Position numbers and translations under genes: made by a program | In this document: positions 36,441-44,696 of the stretch, one piece after another | How positions within the stretch are numbered: the first letter of the stretch is position 1 | How the letters are laid out: the number at the start of each line of letters is the position of its first letter | Notes under the pieces: generated by a model | The model's database searches: none | What the model was told of the DNA's origin: nothing | The model's input: the letters and a program-made list of their open reading frames with translations, nothing else | Assembly: GCA_050692055.1 (NCBI GenBank) | Contig: JBOGTC010000072.1 | Span: 12,978 to 76,977 of the forward strand | DNA from: Candidatus Limnocylindria bacterium | GTDB lineage: Bacteria > Chloroflexota > Limnocylindria > QHBO01 | Length of the DNA: 64,000 nucleotides | Direction of reading: 5' to 3'

Positions 36441-37577
36441 ATGGGTGACCGCGAGATCGCCGCCGCCGTCGAGGTGCTGCGCTCCGGCTGGCTCACGACG
36501 GGCAAGCGCGCCCACGCGTTCGAGGCCGCCTTCGCTGAGCGACTCGGGGTGCGCCACGCGTTGGCGGTGAGCTCAGCCACCGCGGCCCTGCACCTCGCCC
36601 TGGACGCGATCGGAGTCGCCGCCGGGGACGAGGTGATCGTGCCCACCTATACGTTCACCGCGTGTGGCGAGGTATGCGCCTACCTGGGGGCTCGCCCGAT
36701 CCTGGCGGACGTGGGGGACGACTACCTGCTCAGCGCAGACGAGGTGGACAGGGTCGGGACCGATCGGACCAGAGCCGTGATGCCGGTTCATCTCGGCGGC
36801 CTGGCCGTAGACCCCGAACCCATACGGCAGGCGCTGCGCGGCCACCCGGCCGCGATCATCGAGGACGCCGCCCACGCGCTGCCGGCGAGCGTCGGCGGCA
36901 CGCCGGCCGGCCGGCTGGGAACCGCTGCCGCCTTCAGCTTCTACGCCACGAAGACGATCACCACCGGTGGCGAGGGCGGGATGCTCGTGACCGATGACGA
37001 CGGCATCGCCGGCCGTGCTGCGCGCATGCGACTCCACGGGATCGACGCCGACGCCTGGAACCGATACGGCGCCGGAGGGAGCTGGTTCTACGAAGTTGCG
37101 GAGGCCGGCTACAAGTACAACCTCACGGACCTCGCGGCCGCGATCGGTCATGCGCAGCTCGAGCGCGTCGAGGAGCTGGCATCGGCGCGCGAGGCCATCG
37201 CCGCCCGCTACGACGCCGCGTTCGGCGCGAGCGAGCTCGTCGAGCTGCCGCCCCGCCGCGAGGGTGACCGGCATGCGTGGCACCTGTACGTCATCCGCCT
37301 GCAGCTCGATGCCCTCGCCATTGACCGAGCGGAGGCGATCCGCCTGCTGGCGGCGGCCGGCATCGGCGCCTCCGTGCACTTCATTCCCCTGCACCTGCAT
37401 CCGTACTACCAGCGCGTGCTCGGGTATCGGCCGGGCGACTTCCCGGTGGCGGAACGGCTGTACGAACGCTCGATCTCGGTGCCGATCTGGCCAGGAATGA
37501 CCGAGGAGCAGGTGAACCGGGTCGCAACCACCGTCCTCGAAGTTTGTGACGGTGCGCGCCGTCCCGTCGAGGTCTGA
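36441..37577 (+). CDS. DegT/DnrJ/EryC1/StrS-family sugar aminotransferase (PglE-like)
   Basis: 'DREIAAAVEVLRSGWLTTG', 'FSFYATKTITTGGEGGM' (PLP Lys context). The conserved 'IPFHRP' lies upstream of the first ATG, so the real start may be non-canonical. Confidence 0.85.
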   Translation: MGDREIAAAVEVLRSGWLTTGKRAHAFEAAFAERLGVRHALAVSSATAALHLALDAIGVAAGDEVIVPTYTFTACGEVCAYLGARPILADVGDDYLLSADEVDRVGTDRTRAVMPVHLGGLAVDPEPIRQALRGHPAAIIEDAAHALPASVGGTPAGRLGTAAAFSFYATKTITTGGEGGMLVTDDDGIAGRAARMRLHGIDADAWNRYGAGGSWFYEVAEAGYKYNLTDLAAAIGHAQLERVEELASAREAIAARYDAAFGASELVELPPRREGDRHAWHLYVIRLQLDALAIDRAEAIRLLAAAGIGASVHFIPLHLHPYYQRVLGYRPGDFPVAERLYERSISVPIWPGMTEEQVNRVATTVLEVCDGARRPVEV

Positions 37578-37584
37578 TGTAGCC

Positions 37585-40095
37585 ATGCGTCCGTGGCAGC
37601 TGGCCATCAAGCGGCTCATCGATGTCGGGCTCGGGGCCGCGGCGACGCTCATCCTCCTGCCCGTGGGGATAGTGATTGCCCTGGCGATCGCGGTCGATTC
37701 CTCCGGCGGCCCAATCTACGGCGCGCGCCGCGTCGGCCGCCACGGCCGCGAGTTCACGATGTGGAAGTTTCGCACCATGGCGCGCGGCGCCGACCGCGCG
37801 GGCCCTGGTGTCACCGGCGCATGGGACTGGCGCGTGACCCGCGTCGGGGCCGTGCTTCGACGGACAAAGCTCGACGAGCTTCCCCAGCTGTTCAACGTTC
37901 TTGTCGGCGACATGAGCCTCGTCGGCCCCCGGCCGGAGTCGCCGAAGTACGTCGCGCGATGGACCGAGGCGGAGCGTGGCGTGCTCGGCGTTCGGCCCGG
38001 CGTCACCGGGCCGACGCAGGTCGCATACGTCGACGAAGAGGAGCGGCTGGTGGGCGACCCCGACGAGGTGTACGAGCGCGAGCTGATGCACGCCAAGCTG
38101 GCGATGGATCTTGCCTACGTGCGAAACATCTCACTGCGCGGTGACCTGGTCCTCGTGTGGCGCACGATCGCCGGCATCTTGAGTTCCACGCGCCGCCGGA
38201 CGAATCGGCCGCGACGCCGTTATACCCTCGCCGAGCGGCTGGGGAGCATCCGCCTGCCGGCGCTTCTCCTCGACGCGGCATTGGCCGCCATGGCGGCTGC
38301 CCTAGCGGTCGGGCTGCGCATCGATCGGAACAACCTCCTCGCCGCCGCGGCCGAGTACTGGGTCTTCGTACCGCTCGCGGCCTTCGTGCGGCCTGCCGGA
38401 TTCGCGGTCGCCGGCGCATATCTGCGCGTGTGGCGGTACCCCACGGTGAGCGACGCCGCCCTGATCGTGAGCTCGTTGACGGCCGGATCCCTGGTCATGA
38501 CGCTGGCGATCTTCGTGGTCATGCAGCCGTGGAGCTTCCCGGGCACGGTCGGCTTCCCCCGCAGCGCGATCATCATCGAGCTCCTGCTCTCGGTGCTCAT
38601 GCTGGGCGGCATCCGGCTCGGCGCGCGCATTCGACAGGAGGGCGTCGAGGCCGCTGACGCTGCACTGGTCAACGGACCGCCGCGCCCGGTGCTCATCTAC
38701 GGAGCAGGCGAGGCAGGCGCCCTGCTGGCGCGTGAGATGCGTCGCAGCCGGCTGCTGCGACTCGAGCCCGTCGCGTTTCTCGACGATGACCCCACCAATC
38801 ACGGCAAGCGCATCTACGGCGTTGAGGTGCTGGGAGGCCTGAGTGACCTGCCGGCGGTCACGCTGGAGCGCGAAGTCAGCGAGGTGATCGTCGCGCTGCC
38901 GCGCATCAGCGGCGCGCGCCTGCGCCGGGTAGTGACCCTGAGCGAGGCTGCAGGCATTCCGATCCGCACGCTGCCCGGCGTCGACGAGCTGCTGGACGAG
39001 ACGGTCACGGTGAACAAGGTGCGCCCTGTCCGTGTCGAGGACCTGCTCCGCCGTGAGGCGAATGACATCCCGGAGGAGCCAATGGCACAGCTGGTGCGCG
39101 GCCGCCGGGTCGTCGTCACCGGAGCGGGCGGCAGCATCGGCTCCGAGCTGTGCCGCCAGGTCGCCGCGTTGGGCGCAGCGCGCGTCATCCTGTTCGAGCG
39201 CGCGGAGACGCCGCTCTTCTACATCGACGAGGAGCTGCGCCGCCGCTTCCCGGCCGTCGAGGTGGCCGCCGTGCTCGGCGACGTCACCGACGAGCGGACG
39301 GTCCTGCGCGCTTTCGAACGCGAACGACCGGACGTGGTGCTTCACGCGGCCGCGCACAAGCACGTCCCGCTGTCCGAGGGGAACGTGGCGGCTGCCGTGC
39401 TCGCCAACGTCGGCGGGACGCGCATCGTCGCGGAGGCAGCCGCCAGGACCGGATGCGGTTCGTTCATCTTCATCAGCACCGACAAGGCGGTGGATCCCTC
39501 CTCGATCATGGGTGCGACGAAGCGTCTCGCAGAGCTCGTGGTGCAGGAGGTCGGCTGCGCGGCGTCGGGACGGTTCATCACCGTCCGCTTCGGCAACGTC
39601 CTCGGCTCGCAGGGCAGCGTCCTGGAGCTCTTTCGGCAGCAGATCGCGGATGGCGGGCCGGTGACGGTGACGCATCCCGACATGACCCGCTACTTCATGA
39701 CGATTCCCGAGGCAGTACGGCTCATTCTTTACGCCGGGGCGGCCGGACAGCCGGGCCATGTCCACGTATTGAACATGGGACGGCCGTTGCGCATCGTGGA
39801 CATGGCGCGCGACCTGATCCGCCTCTCCATTCCATCGGGCGAGAAGGACATCCAGATCGTCTTCACCGGCCTGCGTCCCGGCGAGAAGCTGGAGGAGACG
39901 CTGTTCGGTGCGGGAGAGGACGCGATCGCCACCGAGTCACCCTGGCTCCTGGTGGCGCGCCAGACGCAGCCCACGGACCGATACGGCTCTTCCGCCAGCC
40001 AGGCTGCCCGCGAGATGGAGGAGCTGGCCCGACAGGGCGCCGACGAAGCGCTGAGGCGGCAGCTCGTCGGCGAGGGCGTTCCCTCGACTGCATGA
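37585..40095 (+). CDS. fusion: PglC-like monotopic phosphoglycosyl transferase + membrane-anchored PglF/WbpM/CapD-like NDP-sugar 4,6-dehydratase
   Basis: The N-terminal ~200 aa carry 'KRLIDV', 'KFRTM' and 'KLDELPQLFNVLVGDMSLVGPRP'. Four TM helices follow, then a CoA-binding-like Rossmann 'VLIYGAGEAG'. The SDR domain carries 'VVVTGAGGSIGSEL' and 'STDKAVDPSSIMGATK'. Confidence 0.85.
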   Translation: MRPWQLAIKRLIDVGLGAAATLILLPVGIVIALAIAVDSSGGPIYGARRVGRHGREFTMWKFRTMARGADRAGPGVTGAWDWRVTRVGAVLRRTKLDELPQLFNVLVGDMSLVGPRPESPKYVARWTEAERGVLGVRPGVTGPTQVAYVDEEERLVGDPDEVYERELMHAKLAMDLAYVRNISLRGDLVLVWRTIAGILSSTRRRTNRPRRRYTLAERLGSIRLPALLLDAALAAMAAALAVGLRIDRNNLLAAAAEYWVFVPLAAFVRPAGFAVAGAYLRVWRYPTVSDAALIVSSLTAGSLVMTLAIFVVMQPWSFPGTVGFPRSAIIIELLLSVLMLGGIRLGARIRQEGVEAADAALVNGPPRPVLIYGAGEAGALLAREMRRSRLLRLEPVAFLDDDPTNHGKRIYGVEVLGGLSDLPAVTLEREVSEVIVALPRISGARLRRVVTLSEAAGIPIRTLPGVDELLDETVTVNKVRPVRVEDLLRREANDIPEEPMAQLVRGRRVVVTGAGGSIGSELCRQVAALGAARVILFERAETPLFYIDEELRRRFPAVEVAAVLGDVTDERTVLRAFERERPDVVLHAAAHKHVPLSEGNVAAAVLANVGGTRIVAEAAARTGCGSFIFISTDKAVDPSSIMGATKRLAELVVQEVGCAASGRFITVRFGNVLGSQGSVLELFRQQIADGGPVTVTHPDMTRYFMTIPEAVRLILYAGAAGQPGHVHVLNMGRPLRIVDMARDLIRLSIPSGEKDIQIVFTGLRPGEKLEETLFGAGEDAIATESPWLLVARQTQPTDRYGSSASQAAREMEELARQGADEALRRQLVGEGVPSTA

Positions 40096-42308
40096 CATCC
40101 GCACCGGGAGCCTGGACGGGGCAACGGCGGACGCTTGCGCTCGGCTTGCAGGCGTGGACGTTCGCGTTCGTGGCGCTCTTCGGTGGGACGGTGACCGCCC
40201 AGCACGCCACGCTGCGTGCAATCGTGATCGTCGGCGTGTTCGTGCCGCTGGTCGCGTGGGCCGTGCTCCGGCTGCGCGGACCGCGCGACGGCATCGACAT
40301 GGCGATCCTCGTTGGCCTGGCCGCGCACGCCGCAGTCGCGCTGGCCAGCCTCGACGCTCAGGGCAGCCTGGAGGCGTTGGGCGCCGCGATCGGATTCGCC
40401 CTCCTCTTCTGGTTCATGCGGCAGGTGGGGGCCTCGCCGCATAACCGGCGGCTCGTCGCCATCTCCGCGTGTGGGGCCATCACGTTCTGGCTGGTGCTGA
40501 CCGCGTTCGCATGGATCATCGAGAAGGTGGCATGGGTGACGGCCACCGGGACGATGCCCGAGCTCGAGTCGCGTCAGGCGTTCGTATGGGGGTCACCGAA
40601 CACCCACCCGATGCTCGTGCTCCTCGCCGTGCCGTTCGTGCTCTGGCTGCCGCAGGGCCTCCCGCGGAGGATCATGGCCGGGCTGCTGATGGCCGCAGCG
40701 GTCATCGTGGTGCCGCTCAGCATGGGCCGTGCCGGCTGGCTCGGTCTGGCCGTCGCCGCAATTGCCCTCGAGCCGCTCCACGGGTGGCCGCTCAGCCGGG
40801 CGGCCGCGTCGAGGCTCGGATGGTTGCGGCCCGGGCGCGTGATGGCCACGGCGGCGCTGGTCCTGGTCCTCGGCTGTGCGGCGCTCGTGACGACGATGCC
40901 CGCGGCCGTCATGGCCAACGCTCTGGGCCCTCGAGCGTCAATCTGGGCGCAGAGCGTGGCGCTGTTCGGCGCGGACCCGTTGACCGGCAGCGGACCATCG
41001 ACCTGGTCGTGGGCACGTCTCCAGCACGTTCCCGACTTCGCCGACCGGGTGGGCGTCACGTACGCGCACAACGTGCCCCTGCAGACCCTGGCCGACGGCG
41101 GCTTGATGCTCGGCCTGGCGCTGGCCCTCGTGCTCGGGGCGTGGGGAGCCGCCACGTGGCGTCGCTGCCACGAGCTGGATCGCGCACAGCGCATCGCCGT
41201 CGCCGTGCTGGCGGGATCGGCCGCCGCATCGCTGCTCGACGATTTCAGCTTTCTGCCGGCCGTGACCGCCCTCGTGGTGACCATCGCCGCCTGGGTCGTG
41301 GCGTACCCGACATCGCCCGCTCCGCACCCGAGGATCGGGGCACGCGGGCTGGTCCTCCCGCTGGCCGTCGCCGCGCTGGGCCTGGTCTCGCTGCCCGCCG
41401 CGGCCGGCGTCGCGACCGCTAGGCTCCACTCCGCCGACGCGCGCGCCGCATCGGTCGCCGGGTCGTGGGACGTCGCCCAGCGGCAGTTCGCCGCGGCGGC
41501 CGCGCACTACCCGGCGAATCCGTCGTACCGGCTCGGTCACGGGCTGGCCCTGTACCACCTCGATCGTGTCGAGGAGTCCCGGGAGGCATACGAGCTGGCC
41601 CGATCGCTCAATGTCGGGGATCCGAGGCCATGGGGGGCGCTGGCAGCACTGTCAGCCGATGCCGCCACCCGCGAGGCGCTCCTGGAAGCGGCCGCCCGGC
41701 GCTCGAACGACGCGCAGTACGCATATCGCCTGGCCAAGAATCTGGCGGCAGACGGCAGCGCATCCGACGCCGCCTGGTACCTGGCGATCGCCGCTGTCCT
41801 GGAGCCGAGGATCCATGGCGTAGTAGGCGATCCGAGCGATCTCGTCCGTGACCGCCTGCCCGCCGCCGTTCGGCTCACCGGAGCGGCCGCGCGCGGCGAT
41901 CCGGCCGAGGCGATCTGGAACGCCGACCTCGCGGCTGGCGCGATTCCGGTTGGAGGTCCGCCTTCGTGGCACGCCGTGGCTGCCGGCAACAGGGGGGCGC
42001 TTGATGACGCGGAGCGCTGGCTGGACGCCGCTCGCGCGCAGGATCCACATGCGGCCCGCACGTGGGAGGCGGTTGCCGCGATCGCCCGGCTTCGTTGTGA
42101 CGTGGCGGCCGAGCAGCGTGCGCTGTCGGCCATCGACAAGACGCGGGACCGCGACCCGCTTGAGCCGGCAGGGTCCGTGCGCGTGACCCGCAATGGCATC
42201 TACGGCGAGCCGGAGCTGGGCGACTACCAACCGCTCGCCGAGACGGCGTTTCCCGACCTGGAGCGCTGGCCGCTCGGTCTCGTCGACCTGCCCGCGTGCG
42301 ACGGCTAG
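40092..42308 (+). CDS. O-antigen ligase/polymerase-like (Wzy_C) polytopic protein with C-terminal TPR-like domain
   Basis: There is an ATGA overlap with the upstream gene. Motifs 'GRAGWLGLAVA' and 'YAHNVPLQTLADGGLMLGLAL' mark the Wzy_C loop. The C-terminal ~330 aa are helical repeats ('YRLGHGLALYHLDRVEESREAYELA'). Confidence 0.7.
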   Translation: MTSAPGAWTGQRRTLALGLQAWTFAFVALFGGTVTAQHATLRAIVIVGVFVPLVAWAVLRLRGPRDGIDMAILVGLAAHAAVALASLDAQGSLEALGAAIGFALLFWFMRQVGASPHNRRLVAISACGAITFWLVLTAFAWIIEKVAWVTATGTMPELESRQAFVWGSPNTHPMLVLLAVPFVLWLPQGLPRRIMAGLLMAAAVIVVPLSMGRAGWLGLAVAAIALEPLHGWPLSRAAASRLGWLRPGRVMATAALVLVLGCAALVTTMPAAVMANALGPRASIWAQSVALFGADPLTGSGPSTWSWARLQHVPDFADRVGVTYAHNVPLQTLADGGLMLGLALALVLGAWGAATWRRCHELDRAQRIAVAVLAGSAAASLLDDFSFLPAVTALVVTIAAWVVAYPTSPAPHPRIGARGLVLPLAVAALGLVSLPAAAGVATARLHSADARAASVAGSWDVAQRQFAAAAAHYPANPSYRLGHGLALYHLDRVEESREAYELARSLNVGDPRPWGALAALSADAATREALLEAAARRSNDAQYAYRLAKNLAADGSASDAAWYLAIAAVLEPRIHGVVGDPSDLVRDRLPAAVRLTGAAARGDPAEAIWNADLAAGAIPVGGPPSWHAVAAGNRGALDDAERWLDAARAQDPHAARTWEAVAAIARLRCDVAAEQRALSAIDKTRDRDPLEPAGSVRVTRNGIYGEPELGDYQPLAETAFPDLERWPLGLVDLPACDG

Positions 42309-43042
42309 GAGGCCGGAGGACGGTGGAGGCGACCTGCGAGATGAGAGCGAAGCGGGCGCAGTACGGCCAGGGTCGGGTAGAGCATGGGCGTCGCTCGGCC
42401 CAGCCGTCGCGCAAGCGCCGGGATCAAGCCCACGGCGCGCAGCTCCCCCACCCAGCCCGGGAAGAGCCGCGCGATGCGGTGCCTCGACAGTCCATGCACG
42501 GCGGGATTCATCGGGTTGGCGTATCGCACGTCGTACCAGACCAGCCAGCCGTCCGGTCGCAGGACGCGCGCGATCTCAGCCGCCACGGCCTGCTCCAGCT
42601 CGTCGCTCGGCAGCGAGCTGAACAGCGTGCTCGCCACGGCGACGTCGAAGGAGGCATCCCCGAACGGGAGATCGTCTGCCGAAGTGGCGAGAAACCGGGC
42701 GTTCAACGCGCGCGCTCTCGCCCGTTCAACGCGTTCCTCAAGGAGGTCCACGCCGGTCCATTCGAGCTGCAACCCTCCGCCCAGGGCGAGCTCGGCGGTC
42801 CGGCCGTCGCCGCAGCCGAGGTCGATCACCCGCGCACCTGCATCGGCGACGGAGGCCGCCAGGTCCGCGAGGAGCCGCGAGCGGTGATCCGATGCCAGCC
42901 GCGCGTACCCAGGGTTAGCAGCGCTCCACAGCGCGTCTCGCCCCACGGACGCATAGCCGGCGTAGGTCGCCCGCACGTGATCGAGGATCCCCGCACGCCG
43001 CTGGGATTCGAGCCAGTCCCGGCGTTGGTCTCTCCGTACCAT
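42305..43042 (-). CDS. class I SAM-dependent methyltransferase
   Basis: 'VIDLGCGDGRTA' is motif I, with 'VLRPDGWLVWYD' also present. It overlaps the ligase-like gene tail-to-tail by 4 nt. Confidence 0.8.
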   Translation of the reverse strand: MVRRDQRRDWLESQRRAGILDHVRATYAGYASVGRDALWSAANPGYARLASDHRSRLLADLAASVADAGARVIDLGCGDGRTAELALGGGLQLEWTGVDLLEERVERARARALNARFLATSADDLPFGDASFDVAVASTLFSSLPSDELEQAVAAEIARVLRPDGWLVWYDVRYANPMNPAVHGLSRHRIARLFPGWVGELRAVGLIPALARRLGRATPMLYPTLAVLRPLRSHLAGRLHRPPAS

Positions 43043-43086
43043 CTACCCATCGATTCTGCCCCAAGGGCGGCTGGTACGGTACGGCG

Positions 43087-43446
43087 GTGACCACATCGGC
43101 GCTCGGCCACACCGAGACTGGCTGGAGGCCGCGCAGCATCATCGCGGCCGCGTTCGTCGTGTCCTTTCTGGTCGTGCAACTCACGGTCCCCATCCTGGCG
43201 TTGACCGGCCCCAGGCCAGCGCGCTTCGGCTGGCACATGTACACCACCCTCACCCCAGTGCCAGACGCGTGGATCGAGGATGCGACCGGTGAGCTGGATC
43301 GGGTCGCGGTCGATCAGCTCCTTCTGCGGCGACGATCCGAGGCCGACCTGTCGGACGTGCTCGTCCGCGAGCTGTGCCGCAGACCCGGAGCGGCGGCCGT
43401 GATCACCGAGCGCGCGGACGAGCGGATTCGGACGGTCTGTCGATGA
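43087..43446 (+). CDS. small single-pass membrane protein coupled to the HTTM gene
   Basis: 119 aa with one TM ('IIAAAFVVSFLVVQLTVPILAL') and then 'RFGWHMYT'. There are two Cys in the tail. An ATGA overlap links it to the next gene. Confidence 0.55.
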   Translation: MTTSALGHTETGWRPRSIIAAAFVVSFLVVQLTVPILALTGPRPARFGWHMYTTLTPVPDAWIEDATGELDRVAVDQLLLRRRSEADLSDVLVRELCRRPGAAAVITERADERIRTVCR

Positions 43447-44651
43447 ATCGGCTCAAGGACGTGGTCGAGCGGACCGTCAGCTCCCGGGCCGCGGGACTGG
43501 CGCGCATGGCGGTCGGGCTGGCGGCGGCGGTCAAGGCGGTGGAGCTCGCACCCGTTCTCACCCGCTTCGCGGAACCGGGGCCGCTTCGGATTCCGTACGC
43601 CGAGGGCCTGCCGACGGTGGCCGATCTCCCGGCAGCCGCCGTCACCCTGGTCTGGCTGCTCGCGGCACTCGCCTTCGCGGCCGGGGCGACGACCGCAGTG
43701 ACGGGCACCGTTCTCGTCGTGGTGCTGGCGGCAGTGCTGGCGAGCGACCAGCAGCTGTACAGCAATCATCTCTATCTGCTCACGCTGCTCGTCGCCCTGC
43801 TGACGCTCGCGCGAGCAGGCGCCGCGCTCTCGGTGGATGCGCGTCGAGGAGGCGGCCGCGATCGGATCGCGGACTGGCCGCTGCAACTGGTGCGCGCCCA
43901 GGTGAGCATCGTCTACCTGTTCGCGGCCCTGGCGAAGGTGACGGGCGTGTACCTGTCGGGGAGCGTGGTGGCCGTCACGTTGCGGCGCGACGGCCCCCTG
44001 GCCATCCCGGCCGAATGGCGCGTCTTCGAGCTGATGGCCGCCGCCGCCATGCTCGCCATCCTCGTGGAGCTGTGGCTGTCGATCGCGCTGTGGCGTCCGC
44101 GCTGGCGGCCCGCCGCGTTCGCGACGGGCTTCCTCATGCACGTCGGGATCGCGGTCTGGTTCGCTCCCACCATCCAGCTCGTGATCTTCTCGCTCATCAT
44201 CCTGGCCCCGTACGTCCTCTTCCTTGATGCGCAACCGGCCAGTCGAGTCGCGGTCTGGGACGACTCCTGCGGCTTCTGCCGCGGAACGATCGGCTGGGCA
44301 CGAAGATTGGACTGGCTGCATGCCATCCGCTTCGTTCCCGGATCGGACACGGCTGCGGTCAGGGCCCTCGGCATCAGCCAGGAGGAGGCCGATCGCGCGC
44401 TCCAGCTGCGCTTCGGTGGTGTGAACGTCTCTGGGTTCCGGGCCGTTTCGGCAATGCTCGAGGTGCTGCCGGTCTCGTTCCTGTGGGCGCCCTTGCTGAG
44501 GCTGCCACCGGTCCGAGCGGTGGGCGACGCTGCCTATCGCCGGGTGGCGCAGCGACGCATGTGCAGCGTCATGGCGGGCCTCCAACCGGCTCTTGCTGCG
44601 GCGGCGAATGTCGCCGACCGTGGCGTGGCTTCCGAGCCGCCGACCGGGTGA
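43443..44651 (+). CDS. fusion: HTTM (vitamin-K-dependent gamma-carboxylase-like) membrane domain + DCC-family thiol-disulfide oxidoreductase domain
   Basis: 'SNHLYLLTLLVALLTLARAGAALSVD' parallels the GGCX/HTTM core '[26 protein letters not shown]'. The C-terminal 'VWDDSCGFCRG' is the DxxCxxC DCC (DUF393) motif. Confidence 0.75.
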   Translation: MNRLKDVVERTVSSRAAGLARMAVGLAAAVKAVELAPVLTRFAEPGPLRIPYAEGLPTVADLPAAAVTLVWLLAALAFAAGATTAVTGTVLVVVLAAVLASDQQLYSNHLYLLTLLVALLTLARAGAALSVDARRGGGRDRIADWPLQLVRAQVSIVYLFAALAKVTGVYLSGSVVAVTLRRDGPLAIPAEWRVFELMAAAAMLAILVELWLSIALWRPRWRPAAFATGFLMHVGIAVWFAPTIQLVIFSLIILAPYVLFLDAQPASRVAVWDDSCGFCRGTIGWARRLDWLHAIRFVPGSDTAAVRALGISQEEADRALQLRFGGVNVSGFRAVSAMLEVLPVSFLWAPLLRLPPVRAVGDAAYRRVAQRRMCSVMAGLQPALAAAANVADRGVASEPPTG

Positions 44652-44696
44652 CGATGAGCCTAGTGCCCTCAGGCACCAGATCTGTACGGTTGCGCC

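Noticed and set aside
39150-42308. 1052-aa ORF
   Set aside because: The first ~315 aa overlap the dehydratase domain gene in another frame and are Arg-rich nonsense. The true start is the ATG at 40092 (ATGA coupling).
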